From: Octopus vulgaris
Lineage: Eukaryota
Reading direction: 5' to 3'
Length of the DNA: 64,000 nucleotides
Assembly: GCA_951406725.2 (NCBI GenBank)
Contig: OX597814.1
Coordinates: 201,872,001 to 201,936,000, forward strand
Positions within the stretch are counted from its first letter, which is position 1, and every line of letters begins with the position of its first letter. A program made the translations under genes and the position numbers. The notes under the pieces were generated by a model. It was not told where the DNA came from. It made no database searches and saw only the letters and a list, made by a program, of their open reading frames with translations. This document shows, piece by piece, positions 25,222 to 37,210 of the stretch.

Positions 25222-25583
25222 TTTCTTTGGAGACAAAGAATTCCTTCACTGTTGCTTCCACCTCCTCTTGGTTGAAGTGCGGGAAGTGAGCCATGCATTT
25301 GAACAAATACTAATCCGGGGGAGCTAAGTTTGGACTATATGCTGGCTGTGGCATCAGTTTGATTCCCTCAAGTTCCCAGAGTTTATTCCTTGTTGTTCAA
25401 GTGGTATGAGGTCTTGCGTTGTCTTGTGCAGAAGAGTTTTCTTTCAGTTAACCAATGTCAGGTATTTTGATGCACAAAGGCATACATCCACTCCAGCTGT
25501 TTCGTGGAATATACGTTGACATCAATGACTTGGCCATCTGGAACAAAGTTATAGTGAACTACCCTTCATAATACCACCAGATA
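25222..25583 (-). pseudogene. mariner transposase remnant
   Basis: IWW...QDNARPHT...PAYSPNLAPPD*YLF...EEVEATVKEFF. Confidence 0.8.
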
Positions 25584-25989
25584 TAGGCGTAGGAGTGGTT
25601 GTGTGGTAAGTAACTTGCTTATCAACCACATGGTTCTGGGTTCAGTCCCATTGCGTGGCACCATGAGCAAGTGTCTTCTACTATAGCCTCGGGCTGACCA
25701 AAGCCTTGTGAGTGGATTTGGTAGATGGAAACTGAAAGAAGCCCGTCGTTTATATGTATATATATATATGTGTGTGTGTCTGTGTTTGTCCCCTCAACAT
25801 CGCTTGACAACCGATGCTGGTGTGTTTATATCCCCGTAACTTAGCAGTTCGGCAAAAGAGACTGATAGAATAAGTACTAGGCTTACAAAGAATAAGTCCT
25901 GGGGTCTATTTGCCTAACTAAAGGCAGTGCTCCAGCATGGCCACAGTCAAATGACTGAAACAAGTAAAAGAGTAGAAGAGTAAAAGAGA
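25584..25989 (+). mobile_element. family K tRNA-derived SINE, full length
   Basis: A-box-like TGGTTGTGTGG, B-box-like GGTTCAGTCCC, internal (TA)(TG)n, tail GTAAAAGAGTAGAAGAGTAAAAGAG. Confidence 0.92.
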
Positions 25990-26074
25990 TTCAGAGCATC
26001 ATGTTTGGCAACAGGTTCTGTAAGATTAACCACTGCTTATGCATGTCAAAATTGTGTAAAAAGATATCTCCATC

Positions 26075-26752
26075 AGATTATTACATGTTCCCATCCATGG
26101 TCCACTTTATACACTCGAGACACTTCCTTAACCACGAGGAAATGTAAGCTTTAGTGAAGCAGTTCTTTGCTTCAGGGGATAAGAACTGGTATCGGCATGG
26201 AATCAGAGAACTGGTAGATGGATGGATGGAAGCACTCCATCGGTTACGACGATGAGGGTTCCGGTTGATCCGAATCAATGGAACAGCCTGCTCGTGAAAT
26301 TAACGTGTAAGTGGCTGAGCACTCCACAGACACGTGCACCCTTAACGTAGTTCTCGGGGATATTCAGCGTGACACAGAGAGTGACAAGGCCGGCCCCTTG
26401 AAATACAGGTACAACAGAAACAGGAAGTAAGAGTGAGAGAAAGTTGTGGTGAAAGAGTACAGCAGGGATCACCACCCCCTACCGGAGCCTCGTGGAGCTT
26501 TTTAGGTGTTTTCGCTCAATAAACACTCACAACGCCCGGTCTGGGAATCGAAACTGTGATCCTATGACCGCGAGTCCACTGCCCTAACCACTGGGCCATT
26601 GCGCCTCCACTAGAACTGGTAGAAAGGTGGCTTCAAACAGTGCGACCCAATGGCTTCTACATTTTCAATGTTCGGCTGCTTTTGCTGTAACTTGACAAAT
26701 AAAGTAAATAAGTCACCAAAATATTGGAAATCTTTTGACTCAGCACAATATT
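26075..26752 (+). pseudogene. mariner transposase C-terminal remnant interrupted by a SINE
   Basis: ISPSDYYMFPSM...FFASGDKNWYRHGIRELV|ERWLQTVRPNGFY across the SINE. Confidence 0.7.
26219..26611 (-). mobile_element. family O SINE (tRNA-Arg-like head), full length, 12-bp TSD
   Basis: AGAACTGGTAGA at 26207-26218 and 26612-26623; head TGGCCCAGTGGTTAGGGCAGTGGACTCGCGGTC...GTTTCGATTCCC; (CCAT)n tail. Confidence 0.92.
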
Positions 26753-27619
26753 AATTGAACAACAGTAAAGTGTTGATCGGTTGGTGAGCAAAGTGAATGA
26801 ATTGGCTGATTGAAACTTGCCTGCTGACAATCTGGATTACCAAATGGAACTGTACTTACTCAAGAGTATTTGCCTTTTATCACGTTATATGTGATAATAC
26901 ATTAGTGTATAGGTGTAGGCAAGCATAATGAATGATGGACGATCCATTCACTTAGTTCTAAAGATAAGATAGACTATCTTGAATGCTTCAGTGTTTCTTT
27001 GAAAAGCTTAATAGTAAATGTATTTTACTGTATTTAAGAATATCTTTGAGGGTCTTCGTATCATTGGGTTTTGTTCGGTGCCTTTGTTGTCTTTGATAGC
27101 TCGATGCTAATACTGGATTTGCATATGACTTTATCAACCGTGCTACAACCATCAACTTTATATGCAAAGGAAACTGAAGGCAAAGGCCAAGTTTGTAACG
27201 CTGGATACATTTCGTAGTATTTCTGATCTCATACAGTATCAACACATTTATGGAATTCCTTAAAGGGATGGCGACATTTCTGTGACATATGACAGAAGGC
27301 CTTCAGCCATATGACTTTATAGAAATGATACTGATGGGATGTAGGAGATAAGATACAGAGTATGCCTTAAAAGAATGTAGACATACCTAGAAACTGTTTG
27401 GAATTCAATCTTTTAAATTGTTTTAGAACCCAAAGAATATTAATATAAGGCACTGCAAATACAGAAACCCAAACCAACAAGTAATTTTCATATTCTATGC
27501 ATTTCTTTGATGTTAGCATGATACAATAATTTTTTGTAATATTCCACGTGTGTGTGTATGTGTATGTGTGTGTGTCTGTTTGCACATGCGTGTGTGTGTG
27601 CATACATATAGACATATCT

Positions 27620-28080
27620 ATCACACTACCCCGCACACACTAGCACTAACCACTTCCCAGCACCCACACAAGCGCACACACTAACACTGATACTTTCCCA
27701 GCACCTACACTATCATCCACAAACCTAAACATGCACACAAGCACACGTCAAGGTCACCGCCCTCTTCCACATGCACATACGTGGTCTCACATACACACGC
27801 ACATGCACCTTCGTTTGGGGATCACCACTACTTTATTATCTCCCCTACTTCCTAGCTCTCCCGTGTGACCCCTCTGTCTGGCATTCACCATGATTGATCA
27901 CTACCCACTAAACTTTTTTCTGTTTTCACTCCCTGTTTATTTCTACATTCCTTTCTGTCAAAGAGTGTAGGCTCAAAACGTAAAAGACTTTCTCACTTCC
28001 TGAGCGTTAAACTAATACATCTGTTTGTTGTTTACACACCTGTCTTCACCTTTTGTTCTTTTGTAAACTCTCACTATACA
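27620..28080 (+). mobile_element. non-coding Penelope-like repeat, family B, with minimal hammerhead at 27951-27986
   Basis: CA-rich body, then cttt CTGTCAA A GAGT gtag GCTC AAAA CGTA aaag; same 3' end as 20985-21160 and 50850-51086. Confidence 0.6.
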
Positions 28081-28113
28081 TATATGTTGTTTTTTATAAG
28101 TGAGGTTCAAAAT

Positions 28114-28192
28114 TCACAGCAGCTGCTTCGGCAGCATATTGTTGATACATTCTTAGATTACAGCATAACAAAAATCTGCCATCTTCAGGTGA
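28114..28192 (-). ncRNA. type I hammerhead motif, variant core
   Basis: tcac CTGAAGA t GGCAG...CTGCC GAAG cagctg CT gtga: stems I and II pair, stem III region is palindromic. Confidence 0.6.
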
Positions 28193-28229
28193 TGTTAAAC
28201 AAACAAACAAAAGATAAAAGTTAACTAAA

Positions 28230-28615
28230 ATAGATCTTTTCTGACTTCTTCAGAGTTGCTATTGAATCAGTTTTGGTTTATGGTTTGATACTACAGACAT
28301 GTTTAGTTCCTGTAAAGAAAACTCTAAATGGCCCAAGTAACATCAGAATACTCTGTGGTGTTCCAAATATCTTGTGCCATCAACACATGACTAACAAAGA
28401 TTTATACCAAGACATCCCATATATCACGGAGAAAATACAAAATCACAGGCTGAGATTTATGGGTCACAAATTCTTCTGTGGTAACCTTCTCATGGTAAAC
28501 AGGGAAGAGGTAGACCAGCAACCCAGTTGCTTAGAAGACAGTGGATGCAATATCCAAGAGTTTTGAAAGGCTATGGATGACAGTAAGGAATGATAGATGT
28601 GACAGGAAGGCTGAG
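28230..28615 (+). mobile_element. degraded RTE-type LINE C-terminal fragment
   Basis: AIESVLVYG...HMTNKDLYQDIPYITEKIQNHRLRFMGH. Confidence 0.65.
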
Positions 28616-28647
28616 AAATTCTTCATTTGCTAACACTAACTAAATAA

Positions 28648-28851
28648 TCTTTTCTACTCTAGGCACAAAGCCCAAAATTTTGGTGGGAGGGGACCAGTCA
28701 ACTAGATTGACTCCAGTATGCAACTGGCACTTTCTATCGGCCCTGAAAGGATGAAAGGCAAAGTCAACCTCAGCGGAATTTGAACTCAGGACGTAAAATA
28801 CCACTAAGCATTTCGCCCAGCGTGCTAATGTTTCTGTCAGCTCACCGCCTT
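28648..28851 (-). mobile_element. family S SINE with TSD
   Basis: ACACTAACTAAAT at 28633-28645 and 28852-28864. Confidence 0.88.
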
Positions 28852-29654
28852 ACACTAACTAAATGATACTAATTAACTAACTTAATTATTGTTTTAATGC
28901 AGATATGTGCCAGTAATTTCACCTTCTGATTTATTATTTTCTTTTATAAAAACTAAAACATTTGTGGCAGCCATGTATCTCCTCCCACAGCAAGACTCTT
29001 GTTTTCAGTTCTTCATTCCTGCTTTCATTGCACAAAGTCACTTCCCTCAATGCAGTATCTTCAATTTGTTGAAGGGGGTTTGTCTTGTGAGTTAAGTGGT
29101 GACTCCACTAGAATCAGCACCACAAAAAAAAACAAAAAAAAACGGCACCCAGTACACTCTGCAAAGTGGTTGGCATTAAGAAGGGTATCTAGCTGAAGAA
29201 ACTTTGTCACAGCAAGAACTTGAAACGAATGCAGTGTTTAGGCTAGTTGGACCCTGTAACACCATCCAGTTTGTGCCTCGGGGAACACGCTGAAATAATG
29301 ATGATGACAACAATGATAATGATGATGATGACGAGGAAATTCTTAGTAGGTTTCTAGTCTTCTTCCTAAGAGTCCTCATCAATATGTATAGCCAACAGCA
29401 GTGATCAACGTTATCAGAGAGGAACAGATAATGCGAAATTAAATTCTTCTTAATATATAAGCTGAGGATTATATGTATGTATGTAGGTGTGTCTGTATGT
29501 ATGTATAAATGTATGCCTGTACGTATGTCTGAGAGAATATATATATATATATATATTTACTCTCAGACATACATACATACATACATTTATTTATGTATAA
29601 ATATATAAATCTGTGTGTATATATATATATATAGATATATATGTATATAGATAT

Positions 29655-29685
<31 letters not shown>

Positions 29686-29889
29686 TACTCTCAGTCATAC
29701 ATACATGTATAAATAGCTTGCTTACCAACCACATGGTTCTGGGTTCATTCCCACTGCACCTTGGCACATTGGGCAAGTGTCTTCTACTATAGCCCCGGGC
29801 CCACAAAACCTTGTGAGTCGATTTGGTTGACAGAAACTGAAAGAAGGCCATCGTATATATGTATATATATACATATATATATATATATA

Positions 29890-30918
29890 TGCTGTGCGTG
29901 AGAAGACCCAGCAAGACCAGTGAGAACAATCAAAATCAAATCATATATCAGAAAGCAGGGGTTAAGTGACCCATCTGTTCGTGTCCGCTGTCAGCCTTGT
30001 CTGGCACCCGTGCCGGTGATACGTAAAAGCACCATTCGCTCATGGCCGTTTGCCAGCTCTGCCTGGCCCCGTGTCGGTGGCACGTAAAAGCACCATCCGT
30101 TCGTGTTCGTTGCCAGCCTCGCCTGGCCCCGTGCCGGTGACACGTAAAAGCACCGTCCGTTCGTGGCCGCTGGCCAGCTCTGTCTGGCCCCGTGTCGGTG
30201 GCACGTAAAAGCACCATCCGTTCGTGGCCGTTTGCCAGCTCTGTCTGGCAACCGTGTCGGTGGCACGTAAAAGCACCATCCGTTCGCGTCCGTTGCCAGC
30301 CTCGGCTGGCCCCCGTGCCGGTGACCGCTCCGTTCGTGGCCGTTTGCCAGCTCTGTCTGGCCCGTGTCGACACGTAAAAGCACCATCCGTCCGTGTCCGT
30401 TGCCAGCCTTGGCTGGCCCCCGTTGACGTAAAAGCACCGTCCGCTCGTGGCCGTTTGCCAGCTCTGTCTGGCAACCGTGTCGGTGGCACGTAAAAGCACC
30501 ATCCGATCGTGTCCGTTGCCAGCCTCGGCCGGCCCCCGTGCCGGTGACACGTAAAAGCACCGTCCGTTCGTGGCCGGTTGCCAGCTCTGTCTGGCCCCGT
30601 GTCGGTGGCACGTAAAAGCACCATCCGTTCGTGTCCGTTGCCAGCATCGCCTGGCCCCGTGCCGGTGACACGTAAAAGCACCATCCGTTCGTGGCCGTTC
30701 GCCAGCTCTGTCTGGCACCTGTGCAAGTGGCACGTAAAAACACCCACTACACTCGTGGAGTGGTTGGCGTTAGGAAGGGCATCCAGTCGTAGAAACACTG
30801 CCAGATCTGACTGGGCCTGACGAAGCCTTCCAGCTTCACAGACCCCAGTTGACCCGTCCAACCCATGCTAGCATGGAAAACGGACGCTAAACGATGATGA
30901 TGATGATGATGATGATGA
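29890..30918 (+). mobile_element. family R RTE 3' end with about twelve ~61-bp tandem units
   Basis: ORF end AVREKTQQDQ*, CACGTAAAAGCACC(A/G)TCCG units at 29980-30740, conserved terminus, (GAT)n. Confidence 0.9.
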
Positions 30919-31885
30919 TATATAATATATTAATAAATAAAACATATGCATATATATGTACATATATGTTCGTACCTACCTCTACATGTATATATACATG
31001 CATAGATGAGTACAGGACACCAAAAAAACGTCGAACACAATGAGAAACGAAAACATAGACACAAACACAAGGAACTGGACATTTTTCTTAAACCACAAAA
31101 AAAGAATACAGGACAAATAACACAAGGAAAAAACCCCTTCTTCAGTCGCCATGGTTTCATCTACTCTACGTTTCGAAGGTGAAGGCGAGACGTATCTTCG
31201 ATAAGAAACTTTCCTTCCTGCGAAAAGCAAATCAAATAAAATTTGAGATCTTTTTGCAGCGGGGTAAAATGGTAACAAAACCAGGACAGTAACGACAGTA
31301 CAAAATATAAGCAGTAAAAGACAGGACAAGGAAAAACAAGATAAGAAGGGCTGTTAACGCCGAACGAAAAAAAGTATTACGAACGCTAAATTCTGTGAAC
31401 AGCGAACGGAGCAAAGAGAATTGCCATCCACACCTCAAGAAGGTACAGGCTAGAAAGACAGTAGTGGAGCTCTCGTCGCGGGTCAACGACGGGAGGGAGG
31501 AGGAGGAGGAGGAGGAAGAGAAAGGGAGAGAAGAAAGGGGAATGGTTGTGAGGAAACCATAAAGAATGAGAGAGAGGGGAGAGAGAGTGAAGAATGAGAG
31601 AGAGGGAGAGACAGTTAAGTAGAAGAAAAGGAAATCAAAGAATGAAGGCTGAGAAAGGGATGGGACAGAAAGGTTAAGAGTGCGCATCAAAATTAATATC
31701 AAGAACAATCTTACTTAGAAAGGGATGCGTGCGTTCCGTCATATAATATATTAATAAATAAAACACATGCATATATATGTACATATATGTACGTACCTAC
31801 CTCTGCATGTATATATACACGCATATATGAGTACAGGACACCAAAAAAACGTCGAACACAATGAGAAACGAAAACCTAGACACAA
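30919..31885. mobile_element. non-coding element with ~140-bp terminal direct repeats
   Basis: ATAATATATTAATAAATAAAACA...GAGTACAGGACACCAAAAAAACGTCGAACACAATGAGAAACGAAAAC.TAGACACAAA at about 30920-31064 and 31742-31885. Confidence 0.75.
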
Positions 31886-31891
31886 AATATA

Positions 31892-31927
<36 letters not shown>

Positions 31928-31929
31928 TG

Positions 31930-32155
31930 TGTTTGTGTATGTTTGTATGTCTGTGTTTGTCCCCCTCAACATCGCTTGACAACTGATGGTGGTCTGTTTA
32001 CTTTCCCGTAACTTAGCAGTTTGGCAAAAGAGACTGATAGAATAAGTACTAGACTTACAAAGAATAGGTCCTGGGGTTGATTTGCTCGACTAAAAGCGTT
32101 GCTCCAGCATGGCTGAAGTCAAATGACTGAAACAACTGAAAGAGCAAAAGAGTAA
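31930..32155 (+). mobile_element. family K SINE 3' half
   Basis: matches 25770-25989. Confidence 0.85.
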
Positions 32156-32223
32156 GATATATATACATATATATATATAGATAGATAGATAGATATAGAT
32201 AGATATATATGTATATATATGCA

Positions 32224-32263
<40 letters not shown>

Positions 32264-32720
32264 AATACATATATACATGTGTATGTATACTGTATATTAA
32301 CATGTATGCGTGTGCATACACACATGCAAACACAGACACACACACACACACAGAGATACATATATCCCTTTTCACATTACACGGAATACCTCTCAGAAAA
32401 ACTGAGAACTCTCGAAATAGATTATTTGTCTGTCGTTGTGAAAGAAGAAAAAAACCTATCAATAAATGAGGAGGTGGTGGCAGCCTCTGACTAAATGCTA
32501 CAAAATATTATTCTCCCTAAAAAGCATAATGAATTTATTAACTGCAAGCATCTATCTTGATGGCACCAACATTCCTAATTTCTCATGAGGTCAAGACCCT
32601 TGGTATTATTTATATTCGATAAATACATGACCTTTAACCAATATATAAATTCAGGTGATCAATCATTTACCAAAAATAATAATAATAACAATAATAACAA
32701 TAATAATAATAATAATAATG

Positions 32721-32769
<49 letters not shown>

Positions 32770-32896
32770 TAATATGATAAAATAAGAAACCAAAGGGACA
32801 TGAAAAGAGGAAAAATTTTCTCCTTTTATTTTTTGAACAGGCTAAAAATTCTCATTAATTATATCATCACTTCTGAAGTTGACTAATGCATTCCAC

Positions 32897-32897
<1 letters not shown>

Positions 32898-32927
<30 letters not shown>

Positions 32928-33302
32928 CTTCTTCTTCTTCTTCTTCTTCTTCTTCTTCTTCTTCTTCTTCTTCTTCTTCTTCTTCTTCTTCTTCTTCTTC
33001 TTCTTCTTCTTCTTCTTCTTCTTCTTCTTCTTCTTCTTCTTCTTCTTCTTCTTCTTCTTCTTCTTCTTCTTCTTCTTCTTCTTCTTCTTCTTCTTCTTCT
33101 TCTTCTTCTTCTTCCTCCTCCTCTTCTTTTTCTTCTTCTTCTTCTTCTTCTTCTTCTCTTCTTCTTCTTCTTCTTCTTCTTCTTCTTCTTCTTCTTCTTC
33201 TTCTTCTTCTTCTTCTCCTCTTCTTCTTCTTCTTCTTCTTCTTCTTCTTCTTCTTCTCTTCTTCTTCTTCTCCTCCTCTTCCTCCTCCTTCTTCTTCTTC
33301 TT
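32898..33302. repeat. long (CTT)n/(GAA)n tract
   Basis: about 400 bp, first half uninterrupted. Confidence 0.97.
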
Positions 33303-34193
33303 GAGGAAAAAAACAACATCAAAATAAATGAATAAATAAATAACTTTTTTACGTTTGTTGTTGCCAGGATTCCGTTAAAAAGAAAAAAGGAAATCTGCAA
33401 TGCCAGTCTTTCTGTATTGACTCTCAAAAAACATTTCAGAAATAAAAATAAAGGGGAAAAAAAAAGAGAGAAATGCATTTGTTATGAACAAGAAATGCTC
33501 CCATGTTGAATAAAAAAAAAAAAACGAAGAAAAACTTGCAAGAAAGCACTGGTTCTTATCTGCAAAAGCATCAAATCTTTGCTTTCTTGAAAAATATTCT
33601 TTGAGCTATTTCATCAAAGCCACTTTATTCTTCACCTTGTGCCATTAAATGACGACGGTTATGGTTGTTGTTGTTGTTGCTGCAGTTTATCTCCAGGTCA
33701 GCACTGAATAAGCAGTCTTAAGATCAAAGATAATTTAGGTTTGACCAACTGGACTTTTTTATCCAGTCATTAGGGCATGACCACGCTGCAGCACCACCCT
33801 TGAAGACCCTTAGCCAAATGAATCAACCCCCCAGTACTTATGTCTTTTTAAATGGCTGGTACTTATTCTATCGGTCTCTTTAAACACACCAAAACTGATG
33901 AGGAGAAATATCCGTCAAATGTAAATAATGTAAATAATGTAAATAATGTACATAATTCCTCATCACTTAAATATAGAAATGTACACCAAAACTGGTTGCC
34001 AAGCAGTGGTAGGGGACAAGCACAGACACAAGGGCACACATCGGTGAATATATATATATAATCTAAACATGTATATATATATATATATATATATAATCCA
34101 AACATGAAAACACAGAGAGAAAACACAACAATGCGAGGACGTGGGACAAGTATAGTGTGATTGGATGCTCAGGAAAAGAAAGAAAGGAGGTGG

Positions 34194-34228
34194 AATTAAT
34201 GTTTTGAGAGGAGCTCTTCATCAGAAAC
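34194..34228 (-). ncRNA. degenerate minimal hammerhead, family A
   Basis: gttt CTGATGA A GAGC tcc TCTC AAAA CATT aatt. Confidence 0.5.
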
Positions 34229-34654
34229 ATAGGAAAAGGAAGGGAAGACAGAGAAAGAAAATCGCCAACGATACACACGCAGTCACATATTGAATGACCG
34301 GAAAGGAATCGGTGAAGAAAAAGTTCTTGAATGTCTGTGTAGGTGTAAATGGTGGCGAAAAAAAGAGAAAAGTGGAAGTAGAAGAAGAAAGGTAAAAAGA
34401 GGACGAGAAAAAAGTGGAAGAGTCACGGACAAATTTTTTTATGATTTCCAGTCACAATTACAGTGGTGTACCTCGGATGAATGGTAACAGTAATCCATAG
34501 GTGTAAAAATCCAGGAATTGGTTATCCAAGTCAGTCAGAAGGCCAGGATCCATGTGAGCATGCGGTATATAAAGTTAATCCATACATGAAAACACAACAA
34601 CGTGAGGACATGGAACAAGTATAGTGTTATTGGATGCTCAGGAAAGGAAAGAAC

Positions 34655-34688
<34 letters not shown>

Positions 34689-34727
34689 ATATATATATTG
34701 GAAGGTTTGGAGATGATGTACAGGTAT

Positions 34728-34975
34728 TATATATTAGAAGAAATGAGGTACTCAGAAGATCGGATGGTTTATATTTACAGATATTTATCTGTATATTACA
34801 TTTTTTATATATATATCACATTTTTTATATATATATCACTAAGTTTGATTTGAAAACCCCACTAGAATGGGAGAAAGTGCTAATGATCTAAGTGATATGA
34901 TATATATATAAAAATGTAATATACAAATAAATATCTGTAAATATAAACCATCCGATCTTCTGAGTACCTCATTTC

Positions 34976-34987
<12 letters not shown>
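34728..34987. repeat. long inverted repeat (~90-bp arms) with a degenerate hammerhead-like centre
   Basis: TTAGAAGAAATGAGGTACTCAGAAGATCGGATGGTTTATATTTACAGATATTTAT and its reverse complement. Confidence 0.85.
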
Positions 34988-35016
<29 letters not shown>

Positions 35017-35176
35017 TTGCTGTTATGTTAAACTGTCATATGTCCAAATTTGGTCAGATGCGTTTTTTTTCAATATTTATTTTTGATTGCAATAGATGGT
35101 TCTTTTGATCAACCTATCCTATTTCCAGCTGCTTCAGAGGCCAAGACGTCAAAAATTGTCAAAGTGTAGTACAGCG

Positions 35177-35521
35177 CAGTTCTATATTTAAGAGATGAAG
35201 AATTATGTTCATTATTTACATTTGACGCCATATGCCCATGAGCATATGGTGTAGTGGTTAATAGTGTGGACTATTAACACCAAAATTCCGAGTTCAATTC
35301 CAGGCAGTGACCTGAATTAATAATAATAATAATAATAATAATAATGATAATAATAATAACAACAACAACAACATTGAAAAATATCTTAGGAATGAGAACC
35401 CAGGTTCAAAATTTCTCCAAGACACCTGATGAAGGCTGGAGGGTATATCAGCCAAAATGTTGTATTAACAGCAAACAAGATGAGGACAAATATCTGTCAA
35501 ATGTAAATAATGTAAACAATG
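35177..35521 (+). mobile_element. tRNA-headed repeat carrying a hammerhead motif (35421-35466)
   Basis: A-box TGGTGTAGTGG, B-box AGTTCAATTCC, then acac CTGATGA A GGCTG...CAGCC AAAA TGTT gtat; inverted copy of the tail at the 5' side. Confidence 0.65.
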
Positions 35522-35770
35522 TATATATACACACGTACACACATATACACATACATGAGCACATACACATTAACATCTAAGTATTTATAATTATATAACT
35601 AGTTGCCACACAGTTACCCTCTACCAAATTTCTTAATGATACAACCACAACTGTACTTATATGTGTGTGTTTGTGCATGTATGTGTATGCCTTGACAAGC
35701 ACACACTCTCAGAATACAAAAGTATGAACCCATTCACACATAATACATAGTTAGTCTTCTTACAGTTTCT

Positions 35771-36382
35771 TATTTCTTTACTGATCATAAGGGGCTACAC
35801 AAAGAGGGGACAAACAAGGACAGACAAAGGGATTAAGTCAATTATATCGACCCCAGTGCATAACTAGTACTTATTTAATCGACCCCGAAAAGATGAAAGG
35901 CAAAGTCGACCTTGGTGGAATTTGAACCCAGAACGTAACGGCAGATGAAATATCTATTTCTTTATTACCCACAAGGGGCTAAACACAGAGAGGAAAAACA
36001 AGGGCAGACAAAGGGATTAAGTCAATTATATCGACTGCAGTGTGTAACTGGCACTTATTTAATCGACCCCGAAAGGATGAAAGGCAAAGTTGACCTCGGT
36101 GGAATTTGAACTCAGAACGTAATGGCAGACAAAATACAACTACGCATTTCACCCGGCGTGCTAACGTTTCTTATTTCTTTATTGCCCACAAGGAAGGATA
36201 GACAAAGGGATTAGGTCGATTACATCGACCCCAGTGCGTAACTGGTACTAAATTTATCGACCCCGAAAGGATGAAAGACAAAGTCGACCTTGGCGGAATT
36301 TGAACTCACAACGTAGTGGCAGACAAAATACTGCTAAGCATTTCACCCGGCGTGCTAACAATTCTGCCAGCTCACCACCTTG
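35771..36382 (-). mobile_element. family S SINE trimer inside one TSD
   Basis: AGTCTTCT(T/C)ACAGTTTCT at 35753-35770 and 36383-36400; three core-plus-tail units, one complete head. Confidence 0.85.
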
Positions 36383-36941
36383 AGTCTTCTCACAGTTTCT
36401 ATCAACTAAATTCCTTAACCACATAACCATGCATCTCTGCTATACTTCATGGAAACATCTTTTTGCCAAACAAAATTACTACCATAGAAAACTGTTAGTA
36501 ATCAAAGAGCAATGGAAGATTGCAGAATTATGAAATGTTTCTGTTTCTACATTGTAACATTTATGAATGGCCAGAAATGTTGTCAGTGGAGCCATGTGTC
36601 TCTTTATTAGGCTTAAATCAACATTCATTATAATTACATTCTCTAGTCGGACCAAACACCAACATACAAAATACTGTAATAATTTTCACATATTTCAAAC
36701 TTTTACTTGAGTAACCTATGAAAGTTTGGCTGTATCTGTGTTTTTATTATATGTCTATTTGCAAGGATTTATTTTGTTTTTGTTTTTGTTTTTTAGCTAT
36801 GTTTGTTCATCTGATCTTGTTTTGGCTTCGCAAAGATAGCTGAGGCAATGGTGGAGTTCTGACTACATATGTCTTATCTATCTATTTATCTGTCTATGTG
36901 TGTGTGTGTGTGTGTGTGTGCGTGTATGTGTGTGCATGCAT

Positions 36942-37018
<77 letters not shown>

Positions 37019-37165
37019 TATACAGATATATATGTATGTATATGTATATGTATATGTATGTATGTATGTATATGTATGTATGTATATATTTATTTATATA
37101 TATATATTTATACACACACACATACATACATACATACAGACAGACAGACAGAAAGACAGACAGAC

Positions 37166-37210
<45 letters not shown>

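Noticed and set aside
26530-26611. Functional tRNA gene (also considered at 25584, 35240 and 61690)
   Set aside because: A and B boxes are present but no clean cloverleaf; each continues into a repeat body, so these are SINE-type heads.
29980-30740. CRISPR-like periodic array with a constant CACGTAAAAGCACC motif
   Set aside because: Intervening sequences are homologous alternating units rather than unique spacers; the array lies in a LINE 3' UTR; no cas genes; eukaryotic context.
29948-30861. Three overlapping 250-273 aa ORFs
   Set aside because: Stop-free by-product of a GC-rich minisatellite, antisense to the LINE.
31130-31210. Type II hammerhead from GAAACGTA and CTGAAGA
   Set aside because: Stem I does not pair.
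32867-33478. Poly-R/E/K/S/L ORFs, and the many YIYI, HTHT and poly-I ORFs elsewhere
   Set aside because: Translations of microsatellites.
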